Shown: in pieces, positions 10,188-19,511 of the stretch
Layout: each line of letters opens with the position of its first letter
Position numbering within the stretch: the stretch's first letter is position 1
NCBI GenBank assembly: GCA_948467395.1
Contig: CAOKDX010000012.1
Location: 10,011-74,010, forward strand
Length of the DNA: 64,000 nt
Direction of reading: 5' to 3'
DNA from: an uncultured Clostridia bacterium
GTDB lineage: Bacteria; Bacillota; Clostridia; Lachnospirales; Lachnospiraceae
The notes under the pieces: model-generated
Databases searched by the model: none
Seen by the model: the letters and a program-made list of their open reading frames with translations, nothing else
What the model was told of the DNA's origin: nothing
Position numbers and translations under genes: made by a program

Positions 10188-10633
10188 TATTTGGACACAG
10201 TAACCTTCACTTTCCTGCAGATCTCGTTTCCCGCGTAGGCGTAAACCGTGCATTTTCCCTTTTTCTTCGCCCGGATCACTCCCTTTTTTGTCACTGCCGC
10301 CACTTTCGGGTTACTGGATTCATAAGATACCTTACTGCTGCCTGACAGTTTCTTGATCTGTTTTGTATTCGTCTTCAGACGGTATGTTTTTCCCTTCCGG
10401 ATAGACACCTTTGTTTGGGAGGCTTTCACCGGGGTATTCGTACTGCTTCTTCTCCAGCCAGTACCGTTCTGGGGACAATTGCCCTCTGCGTAATTGTCAC
10501 AGATTCCGTCTCCGTCCTCGTCCACGAAATAACGCCCCTGGCCCTGACCACGGGTGGCCGCCAGTGAGCCCGCTGTTCCGACAGGCAGAAGCAGGGTAAC
10601 AGCCAAAAGACCTGCCAATACTTTTTTTACCAT
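10187..10633 (-). CDS. small secreted protein with a C-terminal Big_2-like Ig domain
   Basis: Signal peptide MVKKVLAGLLAVTLLLPVGTAGSLAA, a DEDGDGICDNY motif, and a Lys-rich Big_2-like module (SSNPKVAAVTKKGVIRAKKKGKCTVYA). AAGGAGG RBS. Confidence 0.6.
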   Translation of the reverse strand: MVKKVLAGLLAVTLLLPVGTAGSLAATRGQGQGRYFVDEDGDGICDNYAEGNCPQNGTGWRRSSTNTPVKASQTKVSIRKGKTYRLKTNTKQIKKLSGSSKVSYESSNPKVAAVTKKGVIRAKKKGKCTVYAYAGNEICRKVKVTVSK

Positions 10634-10721
10634 ATCTGTTTCCTCCTTTATTATTGGTCTGCATTTCTGCTTTCACCTATAATACGATTGAAAACAAAGA
10701 ATCCATTCACTTTTTTTAAAT

Positions 10722-12908
10722 TTATTTCACTGTAACATTTATTTTCTTATAAATCCCACTCTGTGCATAGGCAAATATCGTACATTTTCCTTTATTCTTC
10801 CCCCGGATCACACCTTTTTTATTTACTGATGCCACCTTGGGGCTGCCAGACTCATAACATACCTCCCTGTGATGTCTCAACTTTTTCTTCTTTCGAAGCT
10901 CCCTTGCTTTCAGCCGGAACGTCGTTCCCTTCTTCAAGGATATCTTGGACCGATTCACCTTTACCGATCCCGCATTGCCATTCTTCCCTCCATTTGTTAT
11001 TACATGGATTGTCTTCGATACGGCAATTGTCACCTTTCTGCCATCTATAATCTTGTAAGCACGCACGATAAATTTATAATAGGTTCCCTTTTTGCATTTT
11101 CTTTCTATATAGGATTTTTTGCCGCTGTTCTGAATTGTCTTTTTCAGCTTATATTCATAAATCCATTTCTTCGTATTACAACGGTTTCCATAGATACGGT
11201 AACCATCCGCCCCTTTCACTTTATTCCATACAAGCTTAACATTGTTTTGTGTGATCTGGGATGCCCTTGCCTGAATCCTGGCAAAATAAGCGCCTTTTAT
11301 ATCCCTGTCCGTCTTTTGTGAAGTAATGGTCCTGTCTGTGACCAGGATCGTATCCTTTGACACATCCAGTTCCTTTGCTGCAGCCTGAATCTTCTCTGCC
11401 GTGTCACCCGGTACTCCCAGGCCATCCGCTATATCAGATATATCTTCGTCCGGTACGGACACCGACGGATCAGCAGGCGGCGGACTTTCTATTCCCGGTG
11501 CAGACGGAGTCGGCACAGCAGGCGCCTCCGTGGAAGGGTTCTGACTGGCTGGCGGCTTCGGTGAAAGAGACTCCGGCGGCGGTGATACGGGATCCTCTGT
11601 CGCTTCCGGCTCCGAAGTAACTGACGGCTCTAGGCTGGGGCTGACAGTGGGTTCCACTGTTGGCAATACAGATTTTTCAGAAAAAGATACCAGAATAGAA
11701 TAATTTTTCTCCGGATCAGAAATGAGATAGGTATGGCTGCTCACCTCCACCTTTTCTCCATCTACTGTTACCGAAAGCAGAGTACACCCCTTCTCCGGCA
11801 CAAAGGTAAGTTCCAGAGGTGTTTCACCCCTGGCCAGGATCTCATGCACAGCATTTTCACCGGGATCAATAATAGTCCCCGCTGACTTCAGGATCGTCTT
11901 TCCACACCCTTCTGTCCTCACCGTCACCTCATAGACTGGATCTTCTGCACCAATCTCCCAGCCATACCATTTTGTATCAGAGGTGTCTCCGTCCTCTACC
12001 GCACGGTATGCCGCTGCCGCCCTGTCCAATGTCGGCGTCGTGGCATGGGATAACGGAATCCCTCTTTCATTATAAAAGAATACCTGACGTGACTCCCGGC
12101 AATTTCGAAACACATCCTCATCTGCCAAAACAGGGGTTACATTGTCCTGACTGCTGACTACAATGTTCATTCTCGACATTTTTTTACACTCATTAAATAT
12201 GGATCCTATTTGCCGAAGCGAATCCGGAAGCGTTATCTGCTCGAGTTCATAACAGTTCCAAAAAACGGCAGTACCAATAAAAGTCACTGTACCTGGCACC
12301 CTGATCTCCTTCAGCTGATAGCAATGAAAAAATGCACTTCCGTTAATGGTTCTTAAGCCCTCTGGCAATATTATATGGGCAAGCTTTGTACAGCGCATAA
12401 ATGCTCCGGAGCCGATGGAGCGCATGCTTTGTGGGATTTTTACCTCCTCCAGATTAACACAGTTCTGAAAAGCCTGCATACCCAGCTTGGTCACCCCCTC
12501 CGGAATCTCTATCTTCTGAATGGATTGTGGAAAATAGCTTTCATCAAAATCCATATTCAGCGGCCAATTCGGTTCTTCACCCTTCACCTCCCCGCCAGCA
12601 TGAAATTCTGTTAATTGGGAAAAATTCCTTATTGCCCCCCAATCTTCCTTTGTAACCGTTCCCGAAAGGATTTCCAGCCTCATAACCTGTCCCGCCGCTT
12701 CTCCTCCCAGCGCCTCCAGCAGGCTGTTTCCTTTACTTTCTACTACCTCCCCTGAAAGCATAGTAGCTCTCACTGTAAGCATCCGCTCCTCTTCTTCTGG
12801 AGCGGCAGCCATTCCTGTGATATATGATAGGCTGTCTACCAGCAGCAGACAGATAAGCAGCACGGCAAGCCCTTTTCCATATCTTTTAATGATATCTCTC
12901 CCTCTCAT
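10722..12908 (-). CDS. surface protein: BspA-type leucine-rich repeats, Pro/Ser linker, FN3-like domain and Big_2 domain
   Basis: LRR units such as IPEGVTKLGMQAFQNCVNLEEVKIPQSMRSIGSGAF. A P/S/T-rich linker, an FN3-like VKLVWNKVKGADGYRIY segment and a C-terminal Big_2. Start set at ATG 12908 (AAGGGGGGA RBS), giving an N-terminal hydrophobic anchor or signal. Confidence 0.7.
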   Translation of the reverse strand: MRGRDIIKRYGKGLAVLLICLLLVDSLSYITGMAAAPEEEERMLTVRATMLSGEVVESKGNSLLEALGGEAAGQVMRLEILSGTVTKEDWGAIRNFSQLTEFHAGGEVKGEEPNWPLNMDFDESYFPQSIQKIEIPEGVTKLGMQAFQNCVNLEEVKIPQSMRSIGSGAFMRCTKLAHIILPEGLRTINGSAFFHCYQLKEIRVPGTVTFIGTAVFWNCYELEQITLPDSLRQIGSIFNECKKMSRMNIVVSSQDNVTPVLADEDVFRNCRESRQVFFYNERGIPLSHATTPTLDRAAAAYRAVEDGDTSDTKWYGWEIGAEDPVYEVTVRTEGCGKTILKSAGTIIDPGENAVHEILARGETPLELTFVPEKGCTLLSVTVDGEKVEVSSHTYLISDPEKNYSILVSFSEKSVLPTVEPTVSPSLEPSVTSEPEATEDPVSPPPESLSPKPPASQNPSTEAPAVPTPSAPGIESPPPADPSVSVPDEDISDIADGLGVPGDTAEKIQAAAKELDVSKDTILVTDRTITSQKTDRDIKGAYFARIQARASQITQNNVKLVWNKVKGADGYRIYGNRCNTKKWIYEYKLKKTIQNSGKKSYIERKCKKGTYYKFIVRAYKIIDGRKVTIAVSKTIHVITNGGKNGNAGSVKVNRSKISLKKGTTFRLKARELRKKKKLRHHREVCYESGSPKVASVNKKGVIRGKNKGKCTIFAYAQSGIYKKINVTVK

Positions 12909-13065
12909 CCGGTATCCCCCCTTGTCCATATGGAAATTATCTATCACCATTTTACACAAAAAGAACGGGAACCGCAATATAAAAAAGCGTCAACTAAAAA
13001 CCACGACGCTCCAAGAATCAGCAAGGCTGATTCTTGCTCCGCACAAGACGGTCTTTCCTATAAGA

Positions 13066-13095
13066 TAAAAAGAGAGGCTCAAAGACAAGCCTCTC
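13066..13095 (-). terminator. rho-independent terminator candidate after the C39-like gene
   Basis: Stem gagaggc / gcctctc (13072-13078 / 13089-13095) followed on the minus strand by TTTTTAT. Confidence 0.55.
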
Positions 13096-13105
13096 CGCGA
13101 TCTAT

Positions 13106-13723
13106 CTATGCCGTATACCCCCACAAATTTTTGATCTGCCCCGACAATTCATCATAGCCCCAGCTCCTGCTGCTGCGCTGTCTCGAATTCGGGTCATTGA
13201 TCTGAAACCCCTCCCCATCATAGCCATGGATCACAATAAAATGTCCTGTCGTGGTAAAGTCTCCCGGTCCCATGGCGCAGATTATCATTCCTCCCACGTC
13301 CAGAACGGATTTCATGGATTCCTCGCTCAATGACAGCTCCGAACCTCTCAGTCCAAAATGTGCCGCACCCTCCGTCATCAGCAGCCAGGAAGTTCCCGAG
13401 CCCTCTACATAATATTTTTTCTTTTCGCTGAACTGGCAGATTTTGGATGGAAGTACTGCTTTGTCCTTCACTCCCAGTATCACCATGGACAGGCATACCG
13501 GTCCACAGCCGGAGACTGCGATCATACTGTTTCCGTAACCATAATATCCCCATCTTTTATCCCACTGAAGCAGCAGGGGATGCTCTGCTTTTATCTCTTC
13601 CCTTGAAAAACTTCCTACTTTTTCCCTGTCCGCTTTCGGATATCCCGCGACAAAATCCAGCATCTCCGGATTTCTCTCCAGCATCTCCAGAAGCTCGCTA
13701 GGGATACCTCCTTTCGTCCGCAA
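13106..13723 (-). CDS. C39-like (Peptidase_C39_2-type) cysteine peptidase domain; C-terminal part of an apparently frameshifted gene
   Basis: Motifs QWDKRWGYYGYG, SGCGPVCLSMV and GHFIVIHGYD, i.e. a papain-like Cys...His layout. The ORF can only begin at a TTG codon inside the 3' end of ORF 13698-13958. Confidence 0.7.
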   Translation of the reverse strand: MRTKGGIPSELLEMLERNPEMLDFVAGYPKADREKVGSFSREEIKAEHPLLLQWDKRWGYYGYGNSMIAVSGCGPVCLSMVILGVKDKAVLPSKICQFSEKKKYYVEGSGTSWLLMTEGAAHFGLRGSELSLSEESMKSVLDVGGMIICAMGPGDFTTTGHFIVIHGYDGEGFQINDPNSRQRSSRSWGYDELSGQIKNLWGYTA

Positions 13724-13958
13724 GGATCTTTCTCATGGCCGCCTCTGTATCCCTGGCGCTGTCCTGCCCCTTCTCCGACACCTTCTGCTGCTGTCCCCCC
13801 TGCTCTGTCTCCATATGGCGGCTTCTCTGTGTCACAATAAATCCCAGAAAGACAAGGAACAGCACCGTGACCATAAATATCCTCACCACATTCAATCTCT
13901 GTCTCCGCTTCCTTCGATATCTCTGATTCCTCATAATCAAAAAACCTCCTTTGTTCAA
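13698..13958 (-). pseudogene. N-terminal membrane-anchor fragment, probably the 5' part of the C39-like gene in another frame
   Basis: 86 aa: a basic N-terminus, one TM helix (IFMVTVLFLVFLGFIV), then a linker. It ends 26 nt inside the C39 ORF in the +1 frame. Confidence 0.45.
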
Positions 13959-14050
13959 TCTGACATTATCTTACCAGAATGAACAAGAAGGTTCTTTTCT
14001 ATTTTCCAAATAAATTCTCACGATTTCCTCACAAAGGGCATTGCTTTTCC

Positions 14051-15025
14051 TTATCGTGGCAGAATGATCTGAAACCGGATACGGTTGTCCTCACTGAATG
14101 CCGTGATCTGCCCGCCGTGGAGCTGGGTGATCTCCTTTGCAATGGCAAGCCCGATCCCGCTTCCGCCGGTCTTCGTGCCGCGGGAGTTGTCCAGACGGAA
14201 AAACTGCTCAAAGATCCGCTGGAGTTTCTCTGGAGGAATGGTATTTCCCTGGTTTTCGAAGTTCAATTCAATCTCCCTCTCCCGCTCCTCCAGTGATATG
14301 CGGACTACTGTGGAGGGATAGCTGTAATTCAGGGCATTCCTCAGCAGGTTATCAAACACTCTCTGCATCCGGTCAGAGTCGCAGAAAAACATAAAGTCCT
14401 TTGGCAGGGAGACCTCGCAGGCCAGGCCCTTTTCCAGCATCATGGGCTGGAATTCAAAGATCACCTGCTCCAGCAGCCGCGTCAGATTGATCTCGCTTTT
14501 TTCCAGTGTAATATGGGTCAGGTTGTACCGGGTAATCTCAAAAAACTCATTGATCAGATCCTCCAGTCTCTCTGTCTTTCTTGAGACTACCTGTATATAG
14601 TGCTGCCTTGTCTGCTCCGGAAGATCCGGTTCGTCCTGCAAAAGCTCCAGATACCCCATTACGGATGTCAGCGGCGTTTTCAGATCATGCGCCAGATAGA
14701 CCACCAGATCATTTTTTCGCTGTTCCGCCTCATCCGCCCGCTGTTCCGCCCGCCTGACCTCTTCCTCCACCAGCTCATGCATTTTTTTATAATCATAGAG
14801 AAGGATAATGATAATGCCTCCCAACAGACCCGCCAGGAAGATTGTCAGCTTATTATCATTCAGGAAATGTAAGATGGGATAGAAGACGTCCCATTTCTGC
14901 CATATAAAAGTGGACAGATACAGATAGCAGAAAAGTCCTGTCAGGCATACACTGCCATAAGCCGCCGCAAAGGCAACCACCTTCTTTCCCGTATTCCGGT
15001 ATCTCCGCTGTGCTCTCTCACTCAA
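14051..15025 (-). CDS. sensor histidine kinase (two TM helices, HisKA plus HATPase_c)
   Basis: H-box YLAHDLKTPLTS, N-box NLLRNALNY and G-boxes GGSGIGLAIAKE. Overlaps the response-regulator stop codon. Confidence 0.85.
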   Translation of the reverse strand: MSERAQRRYRNTGKKVVAFAAAYGSVCLTGLFCYLYLSTFIWQKWDVFYPILHFLNDNKLTIFLAGLLGGIIIILLYDYKKMHELVEEEVRRAEQRADEAEQRKNDLVVYLAHDLKTPLTSVMGYLELLQDEPDLPEQTRQHYIQVVSRKTERLEDLINEFFEITRYNLTHITLEKSEINLTRLLEQVIFEFQPMMLEKGLACEVSLPKDFMFFCDSDRMQRVFDNLLRNALNYSYPSTVVRISLEEREREIELNFENQGNTIPPEKLQRIFEQFFRLDNSRGTKTGGSGIGLAIAKEITQLHGGQITAFSEDNRIRFQIILPR

Positions 15026-15716
15026 TCTTGTATCCCACTCCCCACACTGTCTTGATGAATTTGGGCTTTTTCGCCGATTCCTTCATCTTCTCACGGATCC
15101 GCCCGATATGCGTCATCACCGTGTTATTGCTGTCGATATACTTCTCGCCCCAGACCTGCTCAAACAGCTCCTCTGAGGAAACCACCTGTCCCTGCCTGGA
15201 ACAGAGGTAGAACAGAATGGAAAACTCCAGAGGGGTCAGGGGCAGTTCCTTTTCGTATAACCTCGCCTCATGAGTGGCCCCATTCATATACAGCCCCCGA
15301 ATGTCCACCTCCTGTTCCTGAACCTCTTCCTTCTTCTGATTGTATTTCTTAAACCGCCTCAGCTGCGTCTTGATCCGGGCAACTACCTCCATGGGCTTAA
15401 AGGGCTTGGTAATATAGTCGTCCGCCCCCAGCGTCAGACCGTTCAGCACATCGCTGTCTTCATTTTTTGCCGTCAGCATGATGATCGGAAAGAAATATTT
15501 TTCACGAAGCCTGCGACAGATGGAAAATCCATCCATATCCGGCAGCATGACATCCAGTATTACAAGGTCTGCGCCGTTTTCCTCAATGTAACGGATGGCA
15601 TTTCCCCCCTCCGTAAACACCTCTACAATATAATTTTCGTTTTTCAGATATACTGTCAATAAATCCAGTATCTCTTCCTCATCGTCCACGAGAACGATAA
15701 CATCTCTGTCTCCCAT
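15018..15716 (-). CDS. OmpR-family response regulator
   Basis: Receiver (VLVDDEEE...DLVILDVMLPDMDG...KP) plus a winged-helix C-terminus (TVWGVGYKIE). Start set at MGDRD (15716), 13 nt after the hydG stop. Confidence 0.9.
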   Translation of the reverse strand: MGDRDVIVLVDDEEEILDLLTVYLKNENYIVEVFTEGGNAIRYIEENGADLVILDVMLPDMDGFSICRRLREKYFFPIIMLTAKNEDSDVLNGLTLGADDYITKPFKPMEVVARIKTQLRRFKKYNQKKEEVQEQEVDIRGLYMNGATHEARLYEKELPLTPLEFSILFYLCSRQGQVVSSEELFEQVWGEKYIDSNNTVMTHIGRIREKMKESAKKPKFIKTVWGVGYKIE

Positions 15717-15729
15717 CGCTATCCCCTGT

Positions 15730-17151
15730 CTAGAACCGGAAATCCCTCTGTCCGGCATGTATATTGTCAATGTATTCCGCTGCCTTTTCCCTCACCACTG
15801 GATTCGTGATCACCTCCAGCTGCTCCCGGATCACTTTCTCGCCCTTTGCCTTCGTGTCCGCAGAGGCATAGTCCTCCAGATACTCCTTCAGCGTCATCAG
15901 GGCATTGGGCTGGCAGCAATTGACAATCTGCCCGGATTTCAGAAGGGACATAAAACGGTCGCCGGTACGCCCTTCCCTGTAGCAGGCAGTACAGAAGCTG
16001 GGTATATATCCCATGCCAAGCAGCCAGTTTACCACCTCATCCAGGGACCGCCGGTCAGTCACGTCAAACTGGGCTGAGTTTTCCTCCTCTGGTTCCTCTT
16101 CCACATAGCCGCCCACACTGGTGCGGGAACCCCCGCTGATCTGACTGATCCCCAGGTCAAGAACCTTTTCCCTGACCTTCTGGGATTCCCGGGTCGATAC
16201 GATCATGCCTGTATACGGAACGGCAATGCGGATCACTGCCACGATCTTCTGGAAGATCTCATCGGATATGGCGTTCAGCTCTGCCGGGTCGATATCATCT
16301 GCCGGACACACCCGCGGCACACTGATGGTATGAGGACCAACGCCGAACCTCGCCTCCAGATGTTCCGCATGCATAATAAGACCCACCAGCTCATAACGGT
16401 ATTTATCCAGTCCAAACAAAACTCCGCAGCCCACGTCGTCAATCCCGCCCTCCATGGCGCGGTCCATGGCCTCAGTATGATACGCATAATCACTTTTGGG
16501 CCCTGTGGGATGAAGCTCCTCATACGCCTTCCGGTCATAGGTCTCCTGAAACAATATGTATGTTCCGATTCCTGCGTCCTTCAATTTCTTATAATTTTCT
16601 ACCGTGGTGGCAGCTATATTGACATTTACCCGCCGGATCGCTCCGTTTTTATGCCGGATGCTGTAAATCGTCCGGATACTCTCTAATATATATTCCAGCG
16701 GATTGTTTACCGGATCCTCTCCTGCCTCAATGGCAAGCCTCTTGTGCCCCATATCCTGCAGCGCGATCACCTCCTGCCGGATCTCCTCCTGGGTCAGCTT
16801 TTTCCGGGCGATATGTTTGTTCTTCAGGTGATACGGGCAGTACAGGCAGCCGTTGATACAATAGTTTGACAGATACAACGGCGCAAACATAACTATGCGC
16901 TTGCCGTAAAATCTCTCCTTGATCTCCTTTGCCAGCTTTTCAATCTCCCGGTTCTCCTCCTCCAGTTCACATTCCAGAAGGACCGCCGCCTCTCTGTGGG
17001 AGATTCCCTTCATCTCCTTTGCCTTCAAAAGAATGGCGTCAATTACTTCTTTGTTATTTTTATTCTGGCTTGCATAGGCAAGCGACTCCTGAATTTCAGC
17101 ATCGTTGATAAATTCACCGGCAATGCTGGATTTTGGATCATAACTACACAT
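15730..17151 (-). CDS. hydG: [FeFe]-hydrogenase maturase HydG (radical SAM, ThiH-like)
   Basis: 473 aa. Radical-SAM CINGCLYC motif, the C-terminal Cys cluster CTACYREGRTGDRFMSLLKSGQIVNCC typical of HydG, and a HydG-like N-terminus (FINDAEIQ...). Confidence 0.85.
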   Translation of the reverse strand: MCSYDPKSSIAGEFINDAEIQESLAYASQNKNNKEVIDAILLKAKEMKGISHREAAVLLECELEEENREIEKLAKEIKERFYGKRIVMFAPLYLSNYCINGCLYCPYHLKNKHIARKKLTQEEIRQEVIALQDMGHKRLAIEAGEDPVNNPLEYILESIRTIYSIRHKNGAIRRVNVNIAATTVENYKKLKDAGIGTYILFQETYDRKAYEELHPTGPKSDYAYHTEAMDRAMEGGIDDVGCGVLFGLDKYRYELVGLIMHAEHLEARFGVGPHTISVPRVCPADDIDPAELNAISDEIFQKIVAVIRIAVPYTGMIVSTRESQKVREKVLDLGISQISGGSRTSVGGYVEEEPEEENSAQFDVTDRRSLDEVVNWLLGMGYIPSFCTACYREGRTGDRFMSLLKSGQIVNCCQPNALMTLKEYLEDYASADTKAKGEKVIREQLEVITNPVVREKAAEYIDNIHAGQRDFRF

Positions 17152-17171
17152 AATATATTACCTCCAAAATA

Positions 17172-18140
17172 CTATTTCTTTGCACTCATATATACTTTCC
17201 CGTCCTTCAGCCTGATGCCCTTGCGCTGCATCAGTTCGCTTACGGTCAGGATATCATAATCATTTTTCACCAGCCATGGCACGATTTTCTCCACCGCCTC
17301 CGCCGTGGGGGCATGAATATCATGCATCAGTATAATATCACCGTCGGATACTTCCCTCTTCACCGCCTTGAAGGTCTTTTTGGCATCCATCGTTTTCCAG
17401 TCCAGTGTATCGACATTCCAGTAGATCATCGGATGTTTCAGCTTCTCCCGCATGACATCACTAATGGCACCATAGGGCGGCCGGAGCAGATTCACATCCG
17501 CACCTGTCAGCTTCTTCACCAGCTCCGCCACCTGATCACATTTCTTGTTGACCTTCTTTATCTTCAGCTTGCTTAGATCGGCGTGATCCCATGTATGATT
17601 TGCAATCTCACAGCCCTGGGCAATCTCCTGCTTCAGCACCTCTGCGCCGGCTGCCACCCGCTCTCCCACGACAAAAAAGGTGGCGTGGGCATTATATTTT
17701 TTGAGGGTAGCCAGAATCTTCGGCGTATTCTCAGTACTCGGTCCGTCATCAAAGGTTAGCGCCACCGCTTTCGAGCGGACTGACGGCGTGGGCGTCGGCT
17801 TCACTATGGCATCCGGCGACAGGGCTCCCACTGCTTTCACTGCATCCGATACCCTTCCCTGGGCTGCCTCCGGCGTAACTGCCGGCTGCCCCGCTGTCTG
17901 CACCGCCTGGACTCCCGCTGATGTGGCAGCCTGCTTTCCTGACTGCTCTATGTCGTCGGGCCAGAAAAAATATACGCCGATGGCTGCTACTGCCAATAGG
18001 GCGGCCGGAACTACCCACTTCAATATGGAAAAGGCTCCTGTACCAGAACGCCTCCGTCTCCTGTAGCTGTCCCTCCTTCTGCGGTAGGACGATCGTCTCC
18101 TGGAATTCCTGCTGTTATAACCTCTCATGTAATCCATCAC
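17172..18140 (-). CDS. polysaccharide / peptidoglycan deacetylase (CE4, NodB domain), membrane-anchored
   Basis: Arg-rich N-terminus, a TM helix and NodB motifs TFDDGP, HTWDH and LRPPYG. Confidence 0.85.
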   Translation of the reverse strand: MMDYMRGYNSRNSRRRSSYRRRRDSYRRRRRSGTGAFSILKWVVPAALLAVAAIGVYFFWPDDIEQSGKQAATSAGVQAVQTAGQPAVTPEAAQGRVSDAVKAVGALSPDAIVKPTPTPSVRSKAVALTFDDGPSTENTPKILATLKKYNAHATFFVVGERVAAGAEVLKQEIAQGCEIANHTWDHADLSKLKIKKVNKKCDQVAELVKKLTGADVNLLRPPYGAISDVMREKLKHPMIYWNVDTLDWKTMDAKKTFKAVKREVSDGDIILMHDIHAPTAEAVEKIVPWLVKNDYDILTVSELMQRKGIRLKDGKVYMSAKK

Positions 18141-18192
18141 TCTTCACCTCGTTATACTCTGAATCTGCTTGTGCATTGTCGGCTTAAGTATA

Positions 18193-19440
18193 TCACCTAT
18201 CACCCTTTTTATCAACGCTCTTTTTCCTGCTTTCCGGCTCCTTCCGGTAATATTCCGTCTCCACCGGTATTCCTTTTTTTGCCAGTCTTCTGCTGCACCA
18301 GCGCTTCACCCAGCGGTAGATCATGGCAAACACCGGAACGGCGCAGAGCATACCCAGAAAACCGAAAAGAGAGCCCAGGAACAGGATAGAGAAGAGAATC
18401 CAGAAGCTCTTCAGCCCGATGGAATCCCCCAATATTTTCGGTCCCAGCACATTTCCGTCAAACTGCATAAGAATGATGATCAGTATAAGAAAGATCACGC
18501 CCTTGGAAGGGTTGGCAATAAATACCAGGACGGCGCTCGGTATGATTCCTATGTACTGCCCGAAAAACGGGATTACATTCGTCACACCGATGATCACGCT
18601 GATCAAAAGGGCATATGGTATATTGGCGATGCTCATGATAATAAATGTCAGCATCCCCACAATAAGGGAATCCACAATCTTTCCACTGATAAACTTCGCA
18701 AATACGGTATGCGTCTCCCGAAGCACCTCCAGCGTTCCATCCACCCGTTTCTGCGGAAGGATGGCAAACATCAGTTTCTTTGCCTGAGCGCAGAAATTCT
18801 CTTTCTCCGCCATAAGGTAGATGGACACAATGATTCCGATAAATACATTCAGTAAAAGGCTCATGGCATTCACCACGCCGTCTGTCAGCAGCGACAGGAG
18901 CTTACTGCTCTCGGGCAGAAGGTCGTTCTGGAGCCAGGTGATGAGTTTTTCGTACATCGTTCCGGAAAAGTTCTGAAAATATTCTGCCAGCGTAGGGTTT
19001 GACTTAAATACGTCGTCACCCCAGGCCACTATATTTTTGTAGTAGGAGGGCAGGTTTGCCGCCAGGCTGGATATGCTGTTAATCACCTCTGGCACCACCA
19101 TCATGATCAGGCCAAATATAACAAAGAGGGCCAGGATCAGCACGATTGTGACAGAAAAGCCCCGGGCGATGCCGGACGCTTTTTTGTCTTTCTTTATGAT
19201 CCTCCGCATCAGCGGAATAAAAACAAATTCGTCCATGGAATTTACAAGCGGACTCAGGAGAAAGGCAATGATAAGACCGATATACACCGGGGCCAGCGCC
19301 GAATTCACAGCCGCCAGCACGCCGCCCAGGACTCCCAGATTGTCCAGCAGTGCCTTTACGACAAGAGCGGCAGTGACTACAAGGAAAGCCGTCACTCCCG
19401 CATACAGATATTTGTCAAATTTGGTATTCAATCGTTTCAT
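18193..19440 (-). CDS. AI-2E family transporter (PerM/YtvI-like)
   Basis: 415 aa, about 8 TM helices, with the typical IPFFGQYIG / GPKILGDS region. Confidence 0.8.
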   Translation of the reverse strand: MKRLNTKFDKYLYAGVTAFLVVTAALVVKALLDNLGVLGGVLAAVNSALAPVYIGLIIAFLLSPLVNSMDEFVFIPLMRRIIKKDKKASGIARGFSVTIVLILALFVIFGLIMMVVPEVINSISSLAANLPSYYKNIVAWGDDVFKSNPTLAEYFQNFSGTMYEKLITWLQNDLLPESSKLLSLLTDGVVNAMSLLLNVFIGIIVSIYLMAEKENFCAQAKKLMFAILPQKRVDGTLEVLRETHTVFAKFISGKIVDSLIVGMLTFIIMSIANIPYALLISVIIGVTNVIPFFGQYIGIIPSAVLVFIANPSKGVIFLILIIILMQFDGNVLGPKILGDSIGLKSFWILFSILFLGSLFGFLGMLCAVPVFAMIYRWVKRWCSRRLAKKGIPVETEYYRKEPESRKKSVDKKGDR

Positions 19441-19511
19441 ATTCCGGTTCCTCCGCTTTTATAACTATTAGTTTAGCACAGGAAACTTTAAAAAACAACT
19501 AAATCCAGGCT

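Noticed and set aside
18169-18855. 228-aa and 154-aa plus-strand ORFs opposite the AI-2E transporter gene.
   Set aside because: These are shadow ORFs. The AI-2E reading frame gives a coherent polytopic membrane protein, while the antisense products are charged low-complexity sequences.
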